64,000 nucleotides of DNA from NCBI RefSeq assembly GCF_000181795.1, contig NW_003526941.1, forward strand, positions 6,616,428 to 6,680,427, written 5' to 3'. Below are positions 40,140 through 51,566 of the stretch, in pieces. Position 1 is the first letter of the stretch. Each line of letters begins with the position of its first letter. The translations under genes were made by a program, and so were the position numbers. This stretch comes from Trichinella spiralis. Taxonomy: Eukaryota. The notes under the pieces were generated by a model. The model ran no database searches, had not been told where the DNA came from, and saw only the letters and a list, made by a program, of their open reading frames with translations.

Positions 40140-41760
40140 TCCTTGTCTTTTTAGACTTAGATTTACACTAAAATCTAGAAAACACTAGTACCAAACAATA
40201 ATTATAAAAATTATAAAAAGCAATTATGAAAAAATTATGAAAAGCAAAATTATAACCTGAAAAACTAAAACGACAAAATTTACACTTTACAACATACAGT
40301 AGTGCTTTGTGATGACGTATTTATCGACATGATTACGAATCTTTGTAAAAAAATCCACATGTTCAATAACGGATAGTTACCAAAGAATGCAGCAATTTCA
40401 TTCATCTATATCTAAACTTAATTTGATTCTAAAAATATTTGCAAAACAAGTGTGCACAAAAGTAAAGCATGTTAAACAAAATTGATATAAAACAGCCATA
40501 TTATAAAAAATCAATTGAAGACAAATAACAGTGCATCGTTGATCCTTAATTACTAAGTATACAAATTTGTAGAAAAACTACTTGCTAGTCATACAACATG
40601 TCCTTCAGGATGCAAGCATCTCAACAGCTACGCGCTGAAATTTTCAATTAAACATCCTAAGCATGTGATAAGCAACACCGCAGTGTGAATGAACACTATC
40701 ACTCATCAATAAAAAACAAAATCTCTACTTACAAAATACTAAAACTTACCTACTCACATAATACTCTACAAAAATACTCACCAAACGCAGTGATGGCAAC
40801 AGGCACTACCAGACTTGTGTGATGTATCCGAAAACCAGTGCAAATCGACTATATTCACTATATATGCTACTATTACAATCATTATTTAATTATACCGTAC
40901 TCCGGTGATAAGCGAAGCCACACAGATTTCTGGACCAATACTGAGTAACGCCATTAAGTCAACATAAACTAACGCAGGAGTATGAACGTATATCTGCTCG
41001 ATGTTGATGATGTGATCCATTCCTATAATGGGCAAAATGTGTACTTATTTTTGTGATGGCACATTTAGAACGCATTGAGATAAAGGTGACATACCATGTT
41101 GGCAAGAACAACAGGAATTCCAAAACGTTTTAATTATGTTGATGTACACTATTTAATTCGATCACAAGAAGCATACAGTATAAGCAGAATTAGAAGACAT
41201 TAATAATAGTAACAGATTATAGATACAAAATTACTCACAGATTTTTGTACATCTTTTCAATCCATTGAGGGAAACCTGAACCACCATTAGAGAAAGATAT
41301 TCAAGTTCATAGAAATAGTTCCACTGCCCTGACACAACCCATTGCTATAACAAAGTGCATAAAATTCATTCTTACTGTGACGATGAAGAAAAGAAAAAAG
41401 CGGAACTGTTGAGACACATGACTGATCACGGTAGAAACATGAACAGAGCAAAAGTCGAACTAAAAATAGATACTAAATAACACAGTGAAATAAAGTATTG
41501 GATTACAAAATGATGAAATTCAAATATCATCGTGATGCACTGTATTCGGCTTCAATCACTTTTTATAATATGGCTGGTTCTCCAAAAGTATCATTTCCAC
41601 CGCTATCCTGAGTTCTAATAAAGCGCACGCCAACGTAATATTTAAGAACAGAAATAAGTAAAGTCGCATTACGTACTTGATTAATTACCATGAGACATTC
41701 AAAAAATTAAAAAGGTTGAAATTATTATAGTATTAATGTCATATAAACAAATATTTTTTA
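40140..41760 (-). repeat. Cassette A, copy 3 (ends at a gap; contig end looks low quality)
   Basis: Matches 37080-38695; scattered single-base indels near the gap. Confidence 0.85.
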
Positions 41761-42727
41761 NNNNNNNNNNNNNNNNNNNNNNNNNNNNNNNNNNNNNNNN
41801 NNNNNNNNNNNNNNNNNNNNNNNNNNNNNNNNNNNNNNNNNNNNNNNNNNNNNNNNNNNNNNNNNNNNNNNNNNNNNNNNNNNNNNNNNNNNNNNNNNNN
41901 NNNNNNNNNNNNNNNNNNNNNNNNNNNNNNNNNNNNNNNNNNNNNNNNNNNNNNNNNNNNNNNNNNNNNNNNNNNNNNNNNNNNNNNNNNNNNNNNNNNN
42001 NNNNNNNNNNNNNNNNNNNNNNNNNNNNNNNNNNNNNNNNNNNNNNNNNNNNNNNNNNNNNNNNNNNNNNNNNNNNNNNNNNNNNNNNNNNNNNNNNNNN
42101 NNNNNNNNNNNNNNNNNNNNNNNNNNNNNNNNNNNNNNNNNNNNNNNNNNNNNNNNNNNNNNNNNNNNNNNNNNNNNNNNNNNNNNNNNNNNNNNNNNNN
42201 NNNNNNNNNNNNNNNNNNNNNNNNNNNNNNNNNNNNNNNNNNNNNNNNNNNNNNNNNNNNNNNNNNNNNNNNNNNNNNNNNNNNNNNNNNNNNNNNNNNN
42301 NNNNNNNNNNNNNNNNNNNNNNNNNNNNNNNNNNNNNNNNNNNNNNNNNNNNNNNNNNNNNNNNNNNNNNNNNNNNNNNNNNNNNNNNNNNNNNNNNNNN
42401 NNNNNNNNNNNNNNNNNNNNNNNNNNNNNNNNNNNNNNNNNNNNNNNNNNNNNNNNNNNNNNNNNNNNNNNNNNNNNNNNNNNNNNNNNNNNNNNNNNNN
42501 NNNNNNNNNNNNNNNNNNNNNNNNNNNNNNNNNNNNNNNNNNNNNNNNNNNNNNNNNNNNNNNNNNNNNNNNNNNNNNNNNNNNNNNNNNNNNNNNNNNN
42601 NNNNNNNNNNNNNNNNNNNNNNNNNNNNNNNNNNNNNNNNNNNNNNNNNNNNNNNNNNNNNNNNNNNNNNNNNNNNNNNNNNNNNNNNNNNNNNNNNNNN
42701 NNNNNNNNNNNNNNNNNNNNNNNNNNN
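41761..42727. other. Assembly gap
   Basis: Run of N. Other gaps: 45853-46747 and 10-N spacers at 29481, 36468, 39285, 56624, 57408, 63886. Confidence 1.
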
Positions 42728-43039
42728 GCAGGTCACTGCAATGTTATCATTTTAGCACGGGGTCAATTAAATTCCATTCTTCAACACTATCCAGGAATAA
42801 CTGGTAAGTGGGATTTGATATTTTGGTGGTGGTATGGTATGCATGTTGCTTAACATATATGGTGAATGGAAACTGGCGGGTGTTTTTTCTAGTGTTATTT
42901 TTGCTAAGTTTTAGATACATCAGATGCTGAAGACGAAGAAGTACCTATTTCTGTTTTTTATTTATAGATGACTGCATTAATATAATTCACTTTTAGAATT
43001 TACATTATTTTATTTTCATATCCATGAATATGAAACAAC

Positions 43040-45380
43040 CAAATTCTGAAAACTAACTGAATATGGTAACTATGCATCATGATAAATATGCCTTGCTTTT
43101 TACTTTTATTTTTTTGTTAAATTTAGGTTAAAGGTGGCAATGCCAATAGCGCCACATTGCTTTCATTCTAACAGTAGCACTAATGTTAAATTATCATGTA
43201 TGTGATATCATAGATTATTCTGATTCAATTCAATTCTTTTAAGAATTGAAAATTACATTTGCCTTGCTACATTTTGAAAATGCCCAGATGCAATCTATTA
43301 TCAGTAAAGACAAGTAAAAGCTGTTGAACAGTGGTTGTTGGAGTTGCTGACATAGCGTTCAAAAAACTTATGACAAAAAACAGTAAGTGTGAATATGTTT
43401 AATTAGATAGCGAGACGATAGGCGTATTAGATATAGGCAGAATTAGGTAACTTCTGTAATTACAGATTACGTCATCAGCTGAGTTTTTATGGTATTGCTT
43501 TTGCTCTGGGCAACGTGGTAAGTCATGTTCACATCATTTCGTTCTAAATTTGGCATCACAAACATCCTTAAGTATTGAATTTGCTCCTGATTGCAGTTAG
43601 ATCGCACAGTACAGTGTTTGGTGCAGTGACGTTTCCCAGTTGTTCTAGTGTGGTTTCACTTATCATAAAAGTATGAAGGAATGGATTGTAATTTTGGCAA
43701 TTTCGCTGAGTCAGCCGAGCAGCGTTCGTGCTGTCAGTGCGTTTCGAATGTGATATGGCAAAAATTAGTGAGTAGCTTTTGTTTATAATAGCTATGGATT
43801 ACGTCATCCCATGAAGCTTGCACCGTTTGCAACCCGTGTTAGCATGGCCGTAAAGGCGTTTCCTAGCCGTCCCAGTGTGCCTTTGCTTATCACAAATAGT
43901 ATCGTTCATCAGTAAGTATTGAATTTGATTAATTAGATAGCTTGAAGATGCGAGTGTTACATGGATTGAATTTGAATATCTATCTGAATATGAATATGAA
44001 TATGAATACATGAATATTTATAATAACAGATAACATCATTAGCTGAACTGTTTACAAGTTCCTTTCGTTCTGGACGCCGTGATTAGTCATGTTCACATTG
44101 GTTTGTTCTAAATGTGGCATCAAAAACATGCGTAAGTATTTAACTTCCTCCTGATTGCAGTTGGATACGGTAAAGCGTGCACATTTTATCCATGACAGCA
44201 TTACATTAACATCAAGCGAATTCGATGTTTCTTCTGATGGCCCTGAGTTGAAGTTGACGCAGTGACGTTCATCATTGGTACTAGTGAGGTTTCACTTATC
44301 ATAAGAACTAGAAAGAAATGATTGTAATTCTAGCAGATTACGTTGAGACATTTGAGTAGCGCTGGTGCCCGTATAGATCATTCGTCAATGCGTTTCCAAT
44401 GTGATATGACAAAAATTAGTAAGTAGTTTTTGTTTATAGTAGCTGTGGATTATGTGGTCTCATGAAGCCTGTACTGAGGCCAACCAGTGCTCACCTGGCG
44501 TTTTCTAGCCGTCCCAGTGTGCCTTATCACAAATAGTAAGAAGGAATTTGATACATTTGATTACAAGAACAGCAATCAAATAGGTTAAATAAAGAGAACA
44601 TGTCGCTGTACATCTCAGCATTTTGTTCTTGATAGCAATGGATTACGTCATCAGAAAATTTTTGTTTAGTCGCAGCTGATGGCACTCTCAAATTGCGGTT
44701 CCTACGGTTCTGATGTTTTTCCTTGTCACGCAAGGTAAGGAAGAATGGCATTATTTTTTTGTAGAAGTGTTTTGTATTTAATGTTTTAGTGCGTAACTGT
44801 GAAGACGAAAGCCGCATCTTGAATGATCTCCATCGAATAACGTAAGTGGTTATTTTTATTATGCTGCTGTTATATTTCTATTATTATTATATACCTGTTA
44901 TATCTATATCTGTTATATTCAATTCAACTATATTCAACTATGAATTTTAGAATCATGGCATGTCTTTTTAGAATCTTTTAGAATTTTATTTCTAATTTTA
45001 TTTTTTAGAATTTTTTCTCTTTTACAATCTCCATTAAGAGCACTAGGGATCTGATAGCGTAAAATACTGGTACGAGGATCAAAGAACAGCGCACAGGTAA
45101 GTGGAATGCAGGTAAGTAGAGTCGAAGAGGATATATTAAAGTGATTGCGTGCAGGTAAGTACTGAAGGTAAGTACGATAACGTAGGGTGCAGGTGAGTAA
45201 AATGAAAAGGTAGGTTGCAGGTAAGTATAAAGAATGATATCGTAGAGTAAAGTGGATTAAAGTAATAGGTATAGGTAAGTATAAGGCAGGTAAGTATAAA
45301 TTAAAAGTATAGGTAAGTATGAGGCGTTACTCTACGCTGAGTGGAGTACGGGAAAGCGCAGTTAAGTAGTGGTGTAATTG
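43040..45380 (+). repeat. Cassette B, copy 1
   Basis: Near-identical to 48150-50500; internal diverged tandem duplication; plus-strand GTAAGT..YAG intron-like segments. Confidence 0.85.
45091..45320 (+). repeat. AGGTAAGT-core degenerate array (second copy 50207-50442)
   Basis: About ten (C/A/T)AGGTRAGT-type cores separated by dissimilar spacers. Confidence 0.85.
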
Positions 45381-45399
45381 AAAGACGTAGGAATAAAAT

Positions 45400-45852
45400 T
45401 GCAGCCGGGTGCTGAATTATGCAAATTTTCGAAAAAAATACCTGAGGGAATGCCCTGGGCATAGCCTGAAAGCAAAAGAAAATTTGCATATCCACCTGAA
45501 GGCAAATATTGTGCAATAAAATGCTTTGGGCGTAGTCATGCGTGGGGAATAGCCTGAGGCGACGCCTGCGGCTAAATTTCAAAAAATTTCGAAATTTTCA
45601 AAAAATTGCCTGAGGCATAGCCCCAGGCGTAGCCTGAGGGCATATAAAAATTTGCATATTGCCCTGAGGCGATTAAGAAATTTGCATAAAACCCCCCTTA
45701 GGCCAAATTTTGTGCTATAAATTGCCTGGGGAATAGCCTAAGGGCATATGCAAATTTTTATTTGCCCTCGGGCATAGTCTGAGGGGAAAGCCTGGGGCTA
45801 TATTTTAAAAAATTCGAAATTTTCAGAATTTTGCCTGAGGCATAGCCTTAGG
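45400..45852. repeat. Block of GCCN3-4GGC palindromes and ATGCAAAT/ATTTGCAT octamers (related block 36541-36716)
   Basis: At least 11 GCCN3-4GGC motifs and 5 octamers; 45771-45852 aligns directly with 36551-36631. Confidence 0.85.
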
Positions 45853-46747
45853 NNNNNNNNNNNNNNNNNNNNNNNNNNNNNNNNNNNNNNNNNNNNNNNN
45901 NNNNNNNNNNNNNNNNNNNNNNNNNNNNNNNNNNNNNNNNNNNNNNNNNNNNNNNNNNNNNNNNNNNNNNNNNNNNNNNNNNNNNNNNNNNNNNNNNNNN
46001 NNNNNNNNNNNNNNNNNNNNNNNNNNNNNNNNNNNNNNNNNNNNNNNNNNNNNNNNNNNNNNNNNNNNNNNNNNNNNNNNNNNNNNNNNNNNNNNNNNNN
46101 NNNNNNNNNNNNNNNNNNNNNNNNNNNNNNNNNNNNNNNNNNNNNNNNNNNNNNNNNNNNNNNNNNNNNNNNNNNNNNNNNNNNNNNNNNNNNNNNNNNN
46201 NNNNNNNNNNNNNNNNNNNNNNNNNNNNNNNNNNNNNNNNNNNNNNNNNNNNNNNNNNNNNNNNNNNNNNNNNNNNNNNNNNNNNNNNNNNNNNNNNNNN
46301 NNNNNNNNNNNNNNNNNNNNNNNNNNNNNNNNNNNNNNNNNNNNNNNNNNNNNNNNNNNNNNNNNNNNNNNNNNNNNNNNNNNNNNNNNNNNNNNNNNNN
46401 NNNNNNNNNNNNNNNNNNNNNNNNNNNNNNNNNNNNNNNNNNNNNNNNNNNNNNNNNNNNNNNNNNNNNNNNNNNNNNNNNNNNNNNNNNNNNNNNNNNN
46501 NNNNNNNNNNNNNNNNNNNNNNNNNNNNNNNNNNNNNNNNNNNNNNNNNNNNNNNNNNNNNNNNNNNNNNNNNNNNNNNNNNNNNNNNNNNNNNNNNNNN
46601 NNNNNNNNNNNNNNNNNNNNNNNNNNNNNNNNNNNNNNNNNNNNNNNNNNNNNNNNNNNNNNNNNNNNNNNNNNNNNNNNNNNNNNNNNNNNNNNNNNNN
46701 NNNNNNNNNNNNNNNNNNNNNNNNNNNNNNNNNNNNNNNNNNNNNNN

Positions 46748-48150
46748 GGCAACTTTCACCTCTCATCTTTAACCTCTCCTCATTCTTCCTGCTATGCTGT
46801 CCCGCCCTCCTTTCCTTTCTAATGATCCCATCATTGAGCTCGTAATAATACTAAGCTGAACAGAGATCGCATTCAACTGAAAATGCTGCCCACCCCCTAT
46901 TTCGAGCTGAATGAACAGCACTTAGCTGTTTTTATCTCATGTAAATCTAATTTCTCATAATTGCTGTCGACTAGCAATATAACCGAATCCAGTGTACTCT
47001 GATTCTTTTGTTTTATTCTTTTCATGAAATGCAATGCAGAATTGTCAACCGCATAAGTTTCTTGAATTCATTGCAAATCGTTGAGTTACTTAATTTGTGC
47101 TGGTAGGTTTATCTCACATTGTATGTGGCGCGCTGATGCAGTGCTCAACCAAGTTTCCAGTCTTACTATAAATCATCATAAGGTGTAAACGAAAGTTTAG
47201 TTAAAACAAAATTTTAATAGTAAATAAGCTGTCAAGGGGCATACCCACTGGTGCAGCCGCTTACCATCATGATGTCTACGGTGCGCACTTGTTAAATTCT
47301 GTGCTGAGATTAATCGTATATTACAAAATTTCTGTCGCCGTTATCATCATAAAATTTCATGACAACTGTTTAATTTTCCATAAATCTGAAAAAGTATTTT
47401 ATTTTCGAAACTTTTCAATGGAAGCTGTTTTTTATTATCCATATAATTTTGATTAGATGAAAAACAATGATGAAATATAAATTGTTGAATCACGTTGTAC
47501 TTTCAAGGAACTAAATTATACAACATGCATAAATACGTAGTGATAGCATTTCCGTTTATTTTTAGTAATTTGCGATGCTTCAGGTTAATAATATTTCCTT
47601 TTAGGTAATTTTAGGGAAAAATATTTGCATAACAATGCCATATTACTTAGTAATATGAAGTGTGTAAATAGAAACGTAATAAATTTCATCGTTTCGTTTC
47701 ATAATGTTGCTCATATTGTTTATTTTAGTGCGCTATTACTGATGGAAAATTAGGTTGTTCTTCGTGAAGCAAAGTAAATAGTCATTTGCATAATTTACTT
47801 ATTATACAATTGACCAAGCACATTGATTTTATTAGGTTATGCAGTTCACTGCAATGCTATCAATCTAGCACGTGGTCAACTATAATTCCACTCTTCAACA
47901 CTATCCATGAATAACTGGTAAGTTGGATTTGATATTTTGGTGGTGGTATGCTATGCATGTTGCTTAACATATATGGTGAATGGAAACTGGCGGGTGTCTT
48001 TCTAGTGTTATTATTGCTAAGTTTTAGATACATCAGATGCTGAAGACGAAGAAGTACCTATTTCTGTTTTTTATTTATAGATGACTGCATTAATATAATT
48101 CACTTTTAGAATTTACATTATTTTATTTTCATATCCATGAATATGAAACA
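46748..48150 (+). repeat. Repeat R1, distal part (further fragments at 42728-43040 + and ~39030-39284 -)
   Basis: Direct match to 56634-57407 and 63210-63885; reverse-complement match to 30990-32380. Confidence 0.9.
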
Positions 48151-50500
48151 ACCAAATTCTGAAAACTAACTGAATATGGTAACTATGCATCATGATAAAT
48201 ATGCCTTGCTTTTTACTTTTATTTTTTTGTTAAATTTAGGTTAAAGGTGGCAATGCCAATAGCGCCACATTGCTTTCATTCTAACAGTAGCACTAATGTT
48301 AAATTATCATGTATGTGATATCATAGATTATTCTGATTCAATTCGATTCTTTTAAGAATTGAAAATTACATTTGCCTTGCTACATTTTGAAAATGCCCAG
48401 ATGCAATCTATTATCAGTAAAGACAAGTAAAAGCTGTTGAACAGTGGTTGTTGGAGTTGCTGACATAGCGTTCAAAAAACTTATGACAAAAAACAGTAAG
48501 TGTGAATATGTTTAATTAGATAGCGAGACGATAGGCGTATTAGATATAGGCAAAATTAGGTAACTTCTGTAATTACAGATTACGTCATCAGCTGAGTTTT
48601 TATGGTATTGCTTTTGCTCTGGGCAACGTGGTAAGTCATGTTCACATCATTTCGTTCTAAATTTGGCATCACAAACATCCTTAAGTATTGAATTTGCTCC
48701 TGATTGCAGTTAGATCGCACAGTACAGTGTTTGGTGCAGTGACGTTTCCCAGTTGTTCTAGTGTGGTTTCACTTATCATAAAAGTATGAAGGAATGGATT
48801 GTAATTGTGGCAATTTCGCTGAGTCAGCCGAGCAGCGTTCGTGCTGTCAGTGCGTTTCGAATGTGATATGGCAAAAATTAGTGAGTAGCTTTTGTTTATA
48901 ATAGCTATGGATTACGTCATCCCATGAAGCTTGCACCGTTTGCAACCCGTGTTAGCATGGCCGTAAAGGCGTTTCCTAGCCGTCCCACTGTGCCTTTGCT
49001 TATCACAAATAGTATCGTTCATCAGTAAGTATTGAATTTGATTAATTAGATAGCTGGAAGATGCGAGTGTTACATGGATTGAATTTGAATATCTATCTGA
49101 ATATGAATATGAATATGAATACATGAATGTCTATAATTACAGATAACATCATTAGCTGAACTGTTTACAAGTTCCTTTCGTTCTGGACGCCGTGATTAGT
49201 CATGTTCACATTGGTTTGTTCTAAATGTGGCATCAAAAACATGCGTAAGTATTTAACTTGCTCCTGATTGCAGTTGGATACGTAAAGTGTCCACATTTTA
49301 TCCATGACAGCATTACATTAACATCAAGCGAATTCGATGTTTCTTCTGATGGCCCTCTGAGTTGAAGTTAACGCAGTGACGTTCATCATTGGTACTAGTG
49401 AGGTTTCACTTATCATAAGAACTAGAAAGAAATGATTGTAATTCTAGCAGATTACGTTGAGACATTTGAGTAGCGCTGGTGCCCGTATAGATCATTCGTC
49501 AATGCGTTTCCAATGTGATATGACAAAAATTAGTAAGTAGTTTTTGTTTATAGTAGCTGTGGATTATGTGGTCTCATGAAGCCTGTACTGAGGCCAACCA
49601 GTGCTCACCTGGCGTTTTCTAGCCGTCCCAGTGTGCCTTTGCTTATCACAAATAGTAAGAAGGAATTTGATATTATGACAGCAATGAAATAGGTTAAATA
49701 AAGAGAACATGTCGCTGTACATTTCAGCATTTTGTTCTTGATAGCAATGGATTACGTCATCATCAGAAAATTTTTGTTTAGTCGCAGCTGATGGCACTCT
49801 CAAATTGCGGTTCCTACGGTTCTGATGTTTTTCCTTGTCACGCAAGGTAAGGAAGAATTGCATTATTTTTTTGTAGGAGAGCTGTTTTGTATTTAACGTT
49901 TTAGTGCGTAACTGTGAAGACGAGTGCCGCATCTTGAATGATCTCCATCGAATAACGTAAGTGGTTATTTTTATTATGCTGCTGTTATATTTATTTCTAT
50001 TATTATTATATACCTGTTATATTCAATTCAACTATATTCAACTATATTCAACTATGAATTTTAGAATCATGGCATGTCTTTTTAGAATCTTTTAGAATTT
50101 TATTTCTAATTTTATTTTTTAGAATTTTTTCTCTTTTACAATCTCCATTAAGAGCACTAGGGATCTGATAGCGTAAAATACTGGTACGTAGCATCAAAGA
50201 ACAGCGCACAGGTAAGTGGAATGCAGGTAAGTGGAGTCCAAGAGGATATTAAAGTGATTGCGTGCAGGTAAATGGACTGCAGGTAAGTACTGAAGGTAAG
50301 TACGATAACGTAGGTGCAGGTGAGTAAAATGAAAAGGTAAGTTGCAGGTAAGTATAAAGAATGATATTGTAGAGTTAAGTGGATTAAAGTAATAGGTATA
50401 GGTAAGTATAAGGAAGGTAAGTTAAAGGTATAGGTAAGTATGAGGAGTTACTCTACGCTGAGTGGCTACGGGAAAGCCCAGTTAAGTAGTGGGGTAATTG
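48150..50500 (+). repeat. Cassette B, copy 2
   Basis: Matches 43040-45380; diverges after GTTAAGTAGTGGNGTAATTG. Confidence 0.85.
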
Positions 50501-50989
50501 GAGGGTGAACAATATGGTGCAATTTTCATGTACTGAAGAATCCTTGAGAAACTTGCTGAATAATTATTGAACCCTGGCAGTGCGCTTTTTTTCGCTTTTT
50601 ACCTTTTTTTCTACATAAAGCAATATGAGTAGTAAGAGTAAGTTTTCACTTGATCGGTTGGTGGTTGTTCATCCAAGAATGCAAGTAGACAAACCCTGCT
50701 TCACGATACTTCTAACAGCGTGTAGTGTAGTTTGGAATAGAAAAAGAAAGAAAATTAATGATAAATAATTTCAGTTGTGCTTGTTGTTGACAGAAAATGT
50801 CTCTGCAAAAGCTGTTCAATTAATTATTTTGTTTTGTTTGTAAAATTCATTTTACTTCTCATACAATCGACATTTGTTGAAAGAACAATTCAGATTATTC
50901 AAATTAATTGATCAATTGTACATTCGCTTTGATTTTTCACAGTCGATTTTGCCATTTCATCTGTCATACTGATGAACGTGGTTTTATCG

Positions 50990-51390
50990 TCTCTGGTATT
51001 ATGATACGTAATAATTTTTCATCAATTATTCCACATTTTACTTTGAAAATACTCCCTGTACAGTTCTGATTTGTAGTGGTAAAATTTTACAGTTTTCTTT
51101 ACTGTGATAGATATTTGATGCCCTTCTTGGACAAACAGTTTCGACTGAAATTTCCTACTAAACGATGTACTTTATTGTACAAATTGGAATATATGAACAC
51201 GAAATAAGGAGATGAACAACTAAGTGAGCAGCTGACAATTTCTCCCAATCAAACCACGATAAAGTACACTACTGGATGAGTTCCATGGTTCTGTATGCCG
51301 TTATCTGAGAATATTTTCTAATATTGTTGACATAGTACAGCGCAGTAGTTGCTAAAGTAATGAATGCGAAAGCGCGTGATGATAGTATAA
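50990..51390 (-). pseudogene. Possible cystatin-like gene remnant (partial second copy ~57418-57700)
   Basis: Fragments across frames read ATTALYYVNNIRKYSQITAYRTMELIQ* ... KYIV**EISVETVCPRRASNIYHSKENCKILP ... CTGSIF, the order expected for a cystatin helix, KY..V.ET.C and second Cys pair. Several stops and frameshifts. Confidence 0.3.
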
Positions 51391-51566
51391 GAAATTTGAT
51401 ATATTGTGATTCGAGGGTGAACAACAGTTTTGTATAGGTTTTTTTAAAATTTTATTCAACGAAATTTAAAAAAGAAATAAATTGAACTTAATAATATAGA
51501 ATTATAATTTCAATAATGTTTATATTGTTATTGAAAATAAAAAATTGTAATTGTTAATTTTCACTT

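Noticed and set aside
45400..45852. Interstitial nematode telomere (TTAGGC) sequence
   Set aside because: TTAGGC/GCCTAA appear only as isolated parts of palindromes, not in tandem.
41699..46766. Long ORFs of 300+ aa
   Set aside because: They are translations of N gaps.
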